Part shown: in pieces, positions 1 to 13,468 of the stretch
How the letters are laid out: each line of letters begins with the position of its first letter
How positions within the stretch are numbered: position 1 is the stretch's first letter
Assembly: GCA_951406725.2 (NCBI GenBank)
Contig: OX597820.1
Location: 93,806,001 to 93,870,000 of the forward strand
Origin: Octopus vulgaris
Lineage: Eukaryota
DNA: 64,000 nt
Reading direction: 5' to 3'
The notes under the pieces: generated by a model
The model's database searches: none
Told to the model about the DNA's origin: nothing
The model's input: the letters and a program-made list of their open reading frames with translations, nothing else
Made by a program: the position numbers and the translations under genes

Positions 1-1474
1 ATAAAATAAGTAGCAGCCGAGTACTCGGATTGATGTGATCGATTTATCCCTTCCCGTGAAAATTCTGGCCTTGTGCCAAAGTTTGAAACCGGTATTAAGC
101 GAGACGATGGATTAAATAGGGATCCGATCTTAGAACGGAAAGAGCTGCAACGAGTACAGTTTTAGCAATCCGCTGCCTTGGATAGAGAACATATGATGTT
201 CAGATAAAAGGCGCTAATAGTTTTATTTGGTGGTGGTGTTGGTATTGCTATTGGTGTAGTAATATCGTTGATTGAAAAATTTGTGTTGCTACAAGACAAT
301 ACGTTTGGAGTGAAATTTCATAAGAGCGGAATGTATTTGTAATTCAAAAGGTACAGCCTTATCACGCTCTCTGCTTGAGAATTATGTTAAGGGTACACTG
401 GAATACTCAGCAATTTAACACATGCATTCGCGAGAAAGTTATCTAGTTGATCGAACGACAAAATCCTCTTCGTCGGACGATGGAAATCTGCCATAAAACA
501 GAAAAGGGAAAGAAGGACACAAGGACACATACACATATACGCTCTCTGTCTCTCTCTTTCTCTCTGTCTCTCTCACATACACACAGGCTAGAGAGGGGGG
601 GGCAAAGGGTGAGAGGGGCAGAGGAAGAGAGAGAGAGAGAAGAGGCAGAGGGAGAGAGAGGGCAAAGGGAGAGAGAGAGAGAGAGAGAGAATAGTTGTGA
701 CGCAGATTCCTCTCACATGTATTCAAAGAATGTGAAGTTTGCATGGTAAATAAGAGGTATTTGGGACGTGAACTTTTATTTCAAAAGTATTGACTAAATT
801 ATGTGTGTGTGCTTCTGCGCAACACACACACACACATTTACGCATCATCATATGCTTGCATACACGCACTCTCATATAAATACATACATGCATGTATGCA
901 TACACACACACACACACGTTTTAGCACGACTTTAAAACGAAGTTATTAAGTTCTATCAAGAGAAAACTTAGAAAGGCCAACTGGAGATATTTTGTGTTAG
1001 TTTATTGTTGGCTGAATGGCAACGGCCTTCAGAGACTTGTCTACATTCTATCCATAGACTTACACACTCCTCCACAACACGTACAAATACACATGCACGA
1101 TAGAATCAATAGAGAGAAAAATCGATAAGGAGTGCCGAAAAGTGGGGTTCGTCCTGCCTTTGAGAGTTTAGCATGATGATGTCTGTTGAATATCATAAGC
1201 AAAAAATGAACTTTACAGCATAGTGGGAAAATGAGGAGATTAAATGTTTGTTTTTAGTTCACAGCCTCACAGAATTAAAAACGATGAGAGATAAACAATT
1301 TAAAAGATAGGAATCCATCTTTGAAAGATGACATCTGGTACTTATTTCTCGTTAAGTGGACTGAAAAGTATGAAATATATTTCTTATGGCTTGTTCACAG
1401 CAACAGAGGTCTCTGAGAGGGTTGAGAGAAATTTTCTCTTTAGGCCGAGTATTGGATCGAATGCTTGCTGTTAA

Positions 1475-1895
1475 GGCGCAGGAGTGGCTGTAAGTAGCTT
1501 ACTTATCAACCACATGGAGTAAGTAGCTTACCAGCCACATGGTTCCGGGTTCAGTACCACTGCGTGACACCTTGGGCAAGTGTCTTCTACTATAGCCTCG
1601 AGTCGACCAAAGCCTTGTGAGTGGATTTGGTAGACGGAAACTGAAAGAAGCTCGTCATATATATGTATATATGTGTGTGTGTTTGCGTGTGTGTGTTAGT
1701 CCCCCTAACATCGCTTGACAACCGATGCTGGTGTATTTACGTCCCCGTAACTTAGCGGCCCGGCAAAAAGAGACCGATGGAATAAGTACTAGGCTTACAA
1801 AGAATAAGTCCTGGCGTCGATTTGCTCGACTAAAGGCGGTGTTACAGCATGGCCGCAGTCAAATTACTGAAACAAGTAAAAGAGTAAAAGAGTAA
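1475..1895 (+). mobile_element. tRNA-derived SINE family A
   Basis: Head ggcgcaggagtggctg, B-box-like gggttcagtacc, internal (TA)/(TG) tract, gtaaaaga tail repeats; homologous to 63487-63870. Confidence 0.8.
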
Positions 1896-2139
1896 GTAAA
1901 TATCTCAAATCGCTTACAATGAGTTTGAACTGAAAAGATACATGATGGTAATCCAAAAATGTATCCACTCAGTCAGTTCTCTCATCATAAGAGCCTTAGG
2001 TTATGATCGAGTTGTTACTAGAATGAGCTGAGTGGGTTCGCTATCTGTATTAGTGGGTGAGGGCCTCCAGTTTTTGTTAATAATGATACAATTACCTAAC
2101 GATTCTTGAGATAGGGAATTGATGTGGTGGTGGTGGTGG

Positions 2140-2560
2140 GCACTAAAAGACCTTCATCTTTCAATGTTGATCTCATATCTACACGTATATGCGTAGCTCA
2201 GAGAAAGATGGTTTTGAAGAAGGGCTGGCAGGTCTTCCTTCTATACGTCCTGTGATGTAGCTACAAAGTGTGCCGCCGGGAGATGCTCTTGGTAGAGGGT
2301 GTAGAAGAAGAGAGAGAGAATAGTTGTGACGCAGATTTCTCTCACATGTATTCAAAGAATACAGCAAACCCAGAAGTGTCGTCCACTTAAAATATCCGCT
2401 CGTGGCGGACTGTGTCATTGTCCACCGCCATCCCAGCTATCAGTCAACTCACTGATGTCTATCAAAGTGATAACTGCCAACATGAGTCAATACAGCTAGG
2501 TATTTGTGTCGTCGCTGGCATTACTGCCATGACACTGAGAGCTGGAACACACACCACCAA
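2140..2560 (-). mobile_element. RTE-like LINE 3' remnant
   Basis: Minus-strand ...GRIEGRPA...ELRIYV/DMRSTLKD resembles an RTE C-terminus; interrupted at 2309-2360. Confidence 0.35.
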
Positions 2561-2846
2561 CTTATGACTAAAACTTCAAGGCGGTGCCCCAGCATGGTCG
2601 CGATCTAAAGATCGAAACAAGTAAAAGAGATAAAAAGAGACAAAGCATGCATGTTCTTTAACTTAATTTAACCCAGAAGTGATTATCTCCCCTTTAATGA
2701 TAAAATTCAACCACGTGATCAGCAACGCATTTATTTAATCACTTCTCAAAACTATGTGAAGTTAAGATGATTCAAACGCGATTTGAACTCAACACATAGA
2801 AGATCAAATTTAAATAATAGTAAGCAATCTTGTCTGGTGCTCTTCA

Positions 2847-2890
<44 letters not shown>

Positions 2891-4001
2891 TGTTTATTCC
2901 TTTCTTTCTAAATTACTTTATTTTCCCACTCTCAAACAACAGCAACAACATCAACAACATCAACAGGAGCAGCGACAATAAAATAATTCCTTTCATTATC
3001 CCATGTCCCGAAAAAACATCGGAAACAACCCCACCAATATTCCAACCCCTAAATGCACACACACACATACACACACACATACACCGCCGCTGCCACCACC
3101 ACCACCACCACCACCACCTTCCACCCCACCCCACCCCACACACGACAATAACGGAAATGTTTCAGCTTTACTGAGATGTTCACACCAGATTATACAGTTT
3201 TTCACTTTCTTTTCAGAAACTATTTAATCATCATCTCCACCATCACTAGTCATCACTACTGCGCTCCACTCTCCGACCCACTCGACACCCCTGCCTTCGG
3301 CAGTACCACCTCCATCGTTACCACCATCATCATCATCATCACCACCACGATCTTTATAACCACTGCTATCCCAGCCACTGCTATCATCACTACATCGCCA
3401 CCACCACCACCACCACCACCACCACCATCATCATCAACACCAGCATCTCTATAGCTGCTGCCACCCCAACACTGACATCCTCATCCACCAACATTACCAC
3501 CACCATCATTATCACCATCCTTATAACCACTACTCCAGCCACTGCTATCACCACCAACCACTCCACCACCAACATCTCAGAAATCATTGCCATCCCCAAC
3601 CATTGCTGCTTTCCCACCTACCTCCATCATCATCATCACTGCCATCATCATCATCACCACCTCCGTTACCAAACATCATTACCACACTATACCTAACGCC
3701 TTACCAACTGCCCCGCTTACATGAAGTCCCATTAAAACCACTGTCACATTACTCCCCAAACCCACGCCTTACTGCCACCATGCAACAAAAGGGGGCCACT
3801 ACGTTATTGTCACACAGTGCCATCGTACCATCACGTCACAACTACATCACACAACAACCAGCATCACAACACAACACACAAAAATATCACGCAACCACAA
3901 TCAGCACCACCACCGCCGTCGCCGTTGACAGTAAGATGGCTAGGGGCAGTCCGCTCCGGGTGACGCTTTTATGGGGAGAGCCCTCTTAGGTCTGCTGTAT
4001 T

Positions 4002-4241
4002 CAGTAATCTATCGCCATATCGCGGTTCACCTATCGCGGTTCACCTATCGCGGTTTATTATTTAAGCTTACGTCGATTCCTCCGTGGTGTTGTTATTTCA
4101 TTTATAATAAAATAAATATATTCAAATTATAAAAATAATTTTAAAAAAATATTCAGTACAATACTGTTTCTACTTCGCGGATTTTCACCCATACCGGTGA
4201 GGTTTGGGAACGTAACACCCGCGATAATCGAGGGTTTACTG
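4002..4241. mobile_element. pogo/Tigger-like MITE
   Basis: Imperfect terminal inverted repeats (TIRs) cagtaatctatcgccatatcgcgg / ccgcgataatcgagggtttactg, TA on the right flank, internal 14-bp repeat tatcgcggttcacc. Confidence 0.65.
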
Positions 4242-4509
4242 TAAGCCTCAATAGTCTTGGGAACGCGGGATGGTGACTGCACGCTCAAGGGTTGTGCCGG
4301 GAGACACACACACTCTAGTTAAGCCACTGACCATCGTCTCATTGCTTTCATTCTTTTTATTTATTCACTTTTGTGGGGGATGGATGGAGGGAGTCGATAA
4401 AAAGTAGGTATCCGACTAGGTATCTTGCAGTATTTGTTCTGGCTCTTTGTGTATGACGTTACTGAGTTCAAATCCTGCCATACCCTACACGGATGGTAGA
4501 CTTTACCTG

Positions 4510-4860
4510 TCGCCCGGTTTAACACACGACATAACATTGTAAGTTCCTTTAGCGGAGTCCACTGTCTTTGCAAATATTCGGAACATGTTTCTACTTTGAA
4601 GATCCCTTGAATTATGGTTATTCCACATTACTCCGTAAGGAGCGTAGAGCAGGCTTCCCAGTTTCTGTACCGCATATATTCCTCCCTGGACTAGACGCCG
4701 GTCCGTCGCAGGATTACTCACTTTTGTCAGGTGAGTGGACGGGAAGAATGTGAAATGAAGCGTTTTGCTCTAGAACATAACGCATCACCCGGTCCAGGAA
4801 TCGAAACCACAATCTTACGATTATGAGTAGAACACCCTAATCAGTAAGACATGCGCCTCC
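4510..4860 (-). mobile_element. tRNA-derived SINE with family C-like head
   Basis: Minus strand ggaggcgcatg...gtttcgattcctggaccgg...; a similar head is at 51100-51235. Confidence 0.6.
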
Positions 4861-5205
4861 ATACCTTGGGTTATGGGTATGGTGAAAAAAGGAAAAAGAA
4901 AAACAAACAAAAAATCTAAAACACAATAACAGCCGCCGATGCTGTCACTATTAGGATTTCTACGCTTAAAGAATACGTGCAAAGGGAGGCGATTGTTACT
5001 CTGTCAGTGACTGATTGTCTAATCATTCAACAGTTGTGTAACAGAGGCGATTAGAGACAGAAATATATGAGGGAGGGAAGGAGAGAAAGCAGGAGGGAGA
5101 GAGAAAGAGAGAGAGAGAGAAAGTAAGCAATGCAACATTAATGATGATGCTTGCAATATATACACAAATATACATACACACACACACACACACATATATA
5201 CATAC

Positions 5206-5254
<49 letters not shown>

Positions 5255-5446
5255 CATACATACATACATATACACAGACATACACACAGACATACATATA
5301 CACATACATATATATGCATATACATACATACATATATATATACACGTACATATATATATATATATACACGCACATATATACTCATCCATATATATATATA
5401 TGTGTGTGTGTGTATCTATATATATACACATATATATATGTATATA

Positions 5447-5496
<50 letters not shown>

Positions 5497-5546
5497 TATA
5501 CACATACATACATGCATACATACATACATGCATACATACATACATG

Positions 5547-5578
<32 letters not shown>

Positions 5579-5599
5579 AACATAAACATTTATGTGTTT

Positions 5600-5920
5600 G
5601 TGGCTTAGAGTTTAGGATATTCGACTTATGATCGTTTGTGTTCATAAGTTCGATTCTTGACGGCGCGTTGCATCATTAAGCTAGACACGTTACTTCACGT
5701 TGCTCCAGTCCACTGAGCAGGCAGAAATGAGTCGTTCCTGTCATTCAGAGGGCCAGCCTTGTCACACTCTTATGTCACGTTGAGTCTCTCCCTGAGAATT
5801 ACATTATTGGGTAACCGTGTCTGTGGAGTGTTCGTCCGCTTGCACGTTCGTTTCACGAGCAAGCTGCCCCGTTGATCCGATCAACTGGAAACCTTGTCGT
5901 CGTAAACGATGAAGGTCCAG
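5600..5920 (+). mobile_element. tRNA-derived SINE family C
   Basis: tggcttagagtttagg...gttcgattcttg head, cacgttgctccagtccact core; related fragments at ~320-490 (+) and ~32520-32690 (-). Confidence 0.6.
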
Positions 5921-6566
5921 TTATACACACACACACACACACACACATTTATATAAACGCAAGCACTAGCTGAGTTGATAAGAAGTTCGATTTTGCAACC
6001 CTAAGATGCCAGGTTCGAGTCTATTGTTTAACACATTTTGGGCACGGTTCTTTACTGCACATTCGGTTTCGTTCAAGCCTTGTTAGCGAAACTGAGTTGA
6101 TGAAATATTGGAGCCCCTTTGTGCACTAAAGAGATAGAGTGATAAAGAGAGAAATGTTGCAGAATTTGTACATAGAGAACTAGGAAAAGAATTTTAATAA
6201 AGGATGAAAATGCAGCACAATAAAGCTCTGTGTGTGCGTGTTTGTGTGTGTATATATATATATATGTGTGTGTATATATATATACACATACATACACATA
6301 CACGCATGCATATATACAGGTTCACATAGCTATACGCATGCATACACTCCTACATTTATATCGCTCTCCTCTCTTTCTCTTTCACGTATTTGAGTGTGTG
6401 TGTTTGTGTGTATATATATATATATATATACATACACATACATACACATACACGCATGCATATATGTTCACATACCTGTTCACATACCTACACGCATGCA
6501 TACACTCCTACATTTATATCGCTCTCCGCTCTTTCTCTTTCACATATTTGAGTGTGTGTGTGTGTG

Positions 6567-6622
<56 letters not shown>

Positions 6623-8091
6623 TGTGTGTGCGTGTGTGTGTGTTTAAGCAAATCTGCCGTTTGTAAGTCATTAGAAACACTGGAATGGCAAACATGATGC
6701 AATCACGAAACATGATTGATGAAGACCCCAACAATCACGACATCATTTCACACTACTGTATCTCTTTCTTTCTTTCTTCTCTCTCTCTCCCTCTCTTCTT
6801 TCACCACCACCACCAAAACCACAACCGCCATCGTAGCAAACATCACAAACACCACTATCGACACTACCACTACTTCCAGCATCACTATTGTTATTATCAT
6901 CACCCATACTACCATCACTACCATCGCTGTCAGTACCATTTTCATCACTGCCGCCGCCATTGTCACCATCACAGATGCTAGCAGCAGCAGCATTACCACC
7001 ACCACCACCACCACCACCACCACCACCACCATCACCACCACCGCCACTATAACACTATCACAATCAACATCAGCACCACCATTCTCAATAGCATTCCCGC
7101 CACCGCCACTATAACCACCACTACAACCATCATCAGGAGCGCGACGACGACGACCATCACCCCCCCCCCCCCACCACCACCATAACCATCATCACAACCA
7201 ACAGTAGCAGCAGCAGTACCACCACCGCCGCAAGCATCATCACTATCACTGTCAATACTATTTCCCCCACCGCCAGCATAACCACCACCACCAACACCAC
7301 CACCACCACCGCCGCCGCTCGTCTATTCTCACTACACTCATCATCTCTTCTAATTCTACATCACAACCCCTTCTGCTTTCCTGTACATCATCGTTTCCAC
7401 TCGACCCCCACCAGCTTCCACATTCCCACCTCACCATCTCTTTGTTTTCACTTACCCGCAGTTCAACCCAAGACCACCGTACAATAACCCAACTACAATA
7501 CTATAGTTCATCACCAACTATATCGTTACCCCAACTCACCTTTGAATTACTCCGTCAAAATATTTCATAATATACAATTACACTGCTTTACATTTTGCGT
7601 TCAAATCCTGCTGAGACCAGTGCTGCATTTCATATACCCAAGGGTAGATGGACTAAGCTTCAGTTAAACAATGAGGTTCACTGAATTGGTTCTACCTCCT
7701 CCCTAACCATAGTATATAAATTCGAATGAAATCATTGTCATAAACATTTTTAATATTACCGAAAACTTGGTTTCGGGATTTGCCAATATCTTGTTCTCGG
7801 TAATAATGTCGATCAATAGGTGTACCGGAATTAGGGATTCGTCAAAAGGAATATATATGTCTTACTCAGCACCATGATTTATCTTTTTTCTGTCAGCCAA
7901 AATATTCAGACATTGCGTAAGAGAGGTATCTACTATCTTATGCAACCGACAATAGTGTGTGTGTATGAATGTATATGCGTGTGTGTGTGTGTGAATATAT
8001 ATATATATATTATATATGAATGTGTGTATATATATATTATATATAAATGTGTGTGTGTATACATATATATATATATGTATATCTGTATATA

Positions 8092-8159
<68 letters not shown>

Positions 8160-8279
8160 AAAAATGAATAGAAATGGCTTTTCTTATAATTTTTTTTTTC
8201 ATTTTAATAATTAGGTGTTTATAAATACATACACCACACACACACACATACGCGCGCACACACAGACACACACTCACAG

Positions 8280-8324
<45 letters not shown>

Positions 8325-8864
8325 GAGAGAGATAGAGTGAGATAGTTAGATAGATAGAGAAAGAGAAAGCAGATGCTTCGGTTCTTCAAACAAGTGAGCA
8401 TTCGTGCACACAAACGTTGCACACACATACACACACGCATTAACGCGCAATCACAAAGAATCATACAAAACACACAAATACAGAAATGCACAATGAAGCT
8501 CCACGCCCCCACCCCACCCCACCCCATCCCCACTCCCAGCCTCTACCCCCCCTCCCCGCACACGCACACAAGGTAGACACAGAGTCTCTTACAGAATTCC
8601 ACACACACACACACACACTTCCTGACGTTCAGGTATCACGATAAACTGCAACTACACCTCACGCACACACACACATACGCATCTCTCTCTCTCTTTCTCC
8701 CCCCCTCTCTCTCTCTCTCACCTGTCACAAGTGACCATCTCCTTCCACGCCCCGACTCTCCATTCCACTGCCATCAATTTCAGATGACGTCATCACATCA
8801 TTTCAACACCGTTTCAATCCTAGTCTCCACCCGCCCACTTTACATTATAACTCGGTATCACCAC

Positions 8865-8919
<55 letters not shown>

Positions 8920-9278
8920 AACAATCAATCTCACCACTACCACCACCGTAGCCACCTCAGTCAACAGCATCGAGACCACTACAACTACAATCTATACCAC
9001 TACTACTAGCACCACAACCACCTCCATTACCACCACTACCACCATCACAACCATCACAACTTTTATATCAATACCTTCACTACCATCCACGAAGCCATCA
9101 CCACTACCATCATCACCACCACAACCACTACAATTAACACTTATTTCCACCTCCACCACCACCACCATCATCACTATTACCATCACTGCCACCAACATCA
9201 CCACCTCCGCTACTGCATCTACTACTACCACCACCACCACCACCACCAACATCACTCTCATCTCCACCACCATCTATA

Positions 9279-9629
9279 TATTTCTTTACTACCCACAAGG
9301 GGCTAAACACAGAGGGGACAAACAAGGACAGACAAACGGATTAAGTCGATTACATCGACCCCAGTGCGTAACTGGTACTTAATTTATCGACCCCCGAAAG
9401 GATGAAAGGCAAAGTCGACCTCGGCGGAATTTGAACTCAGAACGTAACGGCAGACGAAATACCTATTTCTTTATTACCCACAAGGGGCTAAACACAGAGG
9501 GACAGACAAACGGATTAAATCGATTACATCGACCCCAGTACCAGTAACTGGTACTTAATTTATCGACCTCGAAAGGATGAAAGGCAAAGTCGGCCTCGGC
9601 GGAATTTGAACCCAGAACGTAACGGCAGA
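9279..9629 (-). mobile_element. SINE family B (tailed subfamily), head-to-tail dimer
   Basis: Two units joined at 9463/9464; a single 17-bp TSD ctccaccaccatctata at 9262-9278 and 9630-9646. Confidence 0.85.
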
Positions 9630-10345
9630 CTCCACCACCATCTATAGCCACCACAGCCAACAACATCATTACCGCTATAAACACAACCTTGCACCACCAC
9701 CACCACCACTTGCACCATCACCACCACCACAAGCAACACTTATCACTATCACTACCACCACTATTATCACCACCTCCACTACCAACAACAACAACAACGA
9801 CAAGACAACGAAGATGACAGCATGAACAACACCCCAGAACCTAATGAGTAAAGAGAAAAAAAATTGACAGCAAGAAGACATCCTGACAAACTTTGAAGAG
9901 GAAAACACAAAACGTGGAGAAGGCTGTTGGGATGTGACGGGGAAATGTATGGAAGAAAAGAAGAATGGTCTCCGGTGGAAGTCTTTTGGAATGCATTTCC
10001 GACAGCAATGATGACATCACGAAGAATGACAAAGTCACGGAGAGGAGCTGTGTATGTGTGTGTATGTGGATGTGTACAGGGGTGGAGAGACAATGTATGA
10101 AAGATATTGAGGAGCTGTGTGTATGTGTGGAGAGAGAAAGAGAGAGAAAGAGACGGAGAATGATTGATATGTGTCGAAATGGAAGAGAGAAAAGGATGAG
10201 ATGTAGAGGAGACAGATACACGTATAGGTAGATAGACAGACAGACGTGTAAATATAGAGACTGATAGATAGACAGGTAAATGGACAGACAGACAAGCAAA
10301 TGGATTGACAGACAGATAGATAGACAGACAGATAGAAAGACATGC

Positions 10346-10416
<71 letters not shown>

Positions 10417-10443
10417 GCGAGAGAGAGATAAAGACAGACGGAC

Positions 10444-10510
<67 letters not shown>

Positions 10511-10887
10511 GCGAGAGAGGGAGAGAGATAAAGACAGACGGACAGATAGATAGATAGATAGAGCAAGACGAAAATTTAGATATACAGTGAGAAACAGAGA
10601 CAGACAGTCACAGTGCTATTAACACTGGTTATATTTATATCATTCGGCATCGAGGGATTTAGTGACGTTCATGTCATTTTGGAAAGAAAATCATGACTCT
10701 AGCAAAGTGACTAGTTTCTGAATCTGGTTCAGTAGAAAGCTCTGGGGTATGATGCGATCTCTGAGTGAATTTGATCGTGTGTCGTGACAGCACCGAAGAC
10801 CAGATCAGATTTATGTTTTTAATTTTAATTCATATTTTGTTTTAATAGAATTCTAAGAAGAAAGACGTGACTATTTTAAACACCTTA

Positions 10888-10927
<40 letters not shown>

Positions 10928-10928
<1 letters not shown>

Positions 10929-11050
10929 ATACACACTTTACCAGCTCTCCCCTCTCTATCATGCACACTTTACCAGCTCTCCCCTCTCTATCATGCACAC
11001 TTTACCAGCTCTCCCCTCTCTGTCATGCACACTTTAACATCTCTCCCCTT
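10928..11050. repeat. 32-bp minisatellite, nearly 4 copies
   Basis: catgcacactttaccagctctcccctctctat starting at 10928, 10960, 10992 and 11024. Confidence 0.9.
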
Positions 11051-12141
11051 TCTCTCTCTCTCTCTCTCTTTCATATACACTTTCTCACACAATCTTTTAA
11101 ATATTTTCCCATCACTCACACAAACCTTAACATTTCTTCTTCGCTCTCTTTCTTTCTCTTTCTTTCTTTCTTTCGTTCTTTCTCTCTCACTTCTGTAATG
11201 CCACTTCGCTCCCCTCTCAGCATCTCTCACACTCTTTAATACACGAAGCCCCAATCATCATACCGCGCCGCGGACCAGTACCAAACCATGGATTATTTGG
11301 CAGCGAGCCGCACAGAAAGAGACAAAAATTTTAATTTAAAATTTTATTAATAAATATTGGTTTCAAATATTGGTACAAAGGACTAAGTTTTCTGGAGCTG
11401 AGGTTAAGCAACAAATTAACCAAAATATCGCTACATCAGTTACGCGAAAAAAAACAACAAAATATGCAAAGGAAACCCTACGTAGCCACTACACTAAGTA
11501 TGTCTGTTTTTATTGGGTAAGTAGGGGCCCCAAACATATTGATTTAGTAAAGTGAGGATGCAATACTTTAGACGGTTTTATGGAGAGTCAAGACTTGTTT
11601 GTTTTATTACATTTTCCAACGAGTCCTTTAAAAAAGGCTTGAAGACTCTAGGTTATAAATTAAATAAATTTGGTTGTTATTTCTAGCACGGATCTAGGAG
11701 GACTGATACCAGTGTGCCAGTGAGCCTGTGTGCCAGTGTGCTAGTGTGTGAAAACTAGAATACTTTTAATCGTAAGTTTGTTCGATCCAGGCCAGCCTAG
11801 GTCTAAACCAACAACGTCACACCGACACGACTTACAATTTATCCAATCCGTTTGTTCACGGATATTAAGGGACCACTAATATCTACGAAATAGAAGGAAT
11901 ATTGTTGATATATGTAAGGTGAGAAAAACAACACGAAACACAAAAATAAATCGTGTACATGTGTTTGTAAAATATGTTTAGCATAAGTCAATTTTTCCCC
12001 TTCAGTTGTCTCCCTTGCTCCATTAGTCGATTTTTGGCGCGAGTTTATACTTGCAAATGCGCATATACACAACTATATGCATATATAAATATGTGTGTGT
12101 ATGTGTCTCCGCGTGTGATGTTGGAACTATCTATCGGTCTG

Positions 12142-12175
<34 letters not shown>

Positions 12176-12322
12176 CCTTTTACGATCCCTCTTGATCGAA
12201 AACCTACGCCACCCCATTTTTTTGTTTCTTTTGTTTTTTGTTTTTTTTCATCCCCCAAAAGAAAAGCTCTACCTTGTAACTTGTCCCATCTGTGTGCAGC
12301 CCTGTGTGGCCAATAAAGAAAC

Positions 12323-12323
<1 letters not shown>
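12176..12323 (+). mobile_element. 3' end of a Tx1/L1-like LINE inserted in (TATC)n
   Basis: T-rich 3'UTR-like tract, ending ...ttgtcccatctgtgtgcagccctgtgtggccAATAAAgaaac; (tatc)n on both sides. Confidence 0.5.
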
Positions 12324-12419
<96 letters not shown>

Positions 12420-12929
12420 AATACAAGCGCACATATAACGCATGTATATATCTAGGGGACTAAGTTACCGATGTAATTTTACAGGAAATAAAAGCATAAA
12501 TATTGTGCTCTAATTTACAAATATATTTGTAGTGCACCTGAGCACCGTATATAACAAATTCATTATAATATGATAATTCTGTTTCCCCTGTTACCACCAG
12601 CAAATCCACATACGCACAAATACTCAAGCATGTAGGCACCATGTCGTACGTATGTATATGAATGATGATGGGTATTAAGCATCATAAACACCATAGCACT
12701 TATATAGAATGTTTCTATGTCCATCCATACATCCGTCCGTCTTTATATTGGGTTGTCTGTTTGTTTAACTGTCTGACTATTTATCACTATTTCCTACCTC
12801 ATATGCATTCATTAGAAAACAGTAGGTAGGTAGGGAAATATATATATATATATATCTTATATGGAGGGGAAGAGAGAGGGGTGAAGTAGCTTGGGATAAA
12901 AGTGTAGGATATGCAGTGTGTGCATGTGT

Positions 12930-13125
<196 letters not shown>

Positions 13126-13144
13126 AAAGAAAGAGATAGATAGG

Positions 13145-13239
13145 GACAGAGAGACAGGAAGTGATAGGGAGGGAGAGGGAAGACAACGACTAAAGATAGA
13201 GAGAGTGAAGCCAGAGATGGAAATAAAGAGAGCTGAAAT

Positions 13240-13297
<58 letters not shown>

Positions 13298-13378
13298 AAG
13301 AGATAGGGAGAGAGAGGGAAGACAAAGACTAAAGACAGAGAGAGTGAAGCCAGAAATGGAAATAAAGAGAGCTGAAAT

Positions 13379-13462
<84 letters not shown>
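13145..13462. repeat. ~140-bp duplication with (AG)n tracts
   Basis: gactaaagaYagagagagtgaagccagaRatggaaataaagagagctgaaattgg(ag)n x2. Confidence 0.85.

Positions 13463-13468
<6 letters not shown>

Noticed and set aside
1475-1570. SINE heads as functional tRNA genes
   Set aside because: A- and B-box-like motifs are present, but there is no complete cloverleaf and they continue into SINE bodies.
8785-8792. CRE palindromes TGACGTCA (also near 46308)
   Set aside because: 8-mers occur about this often by chance, and there is no independent promoter evidence.
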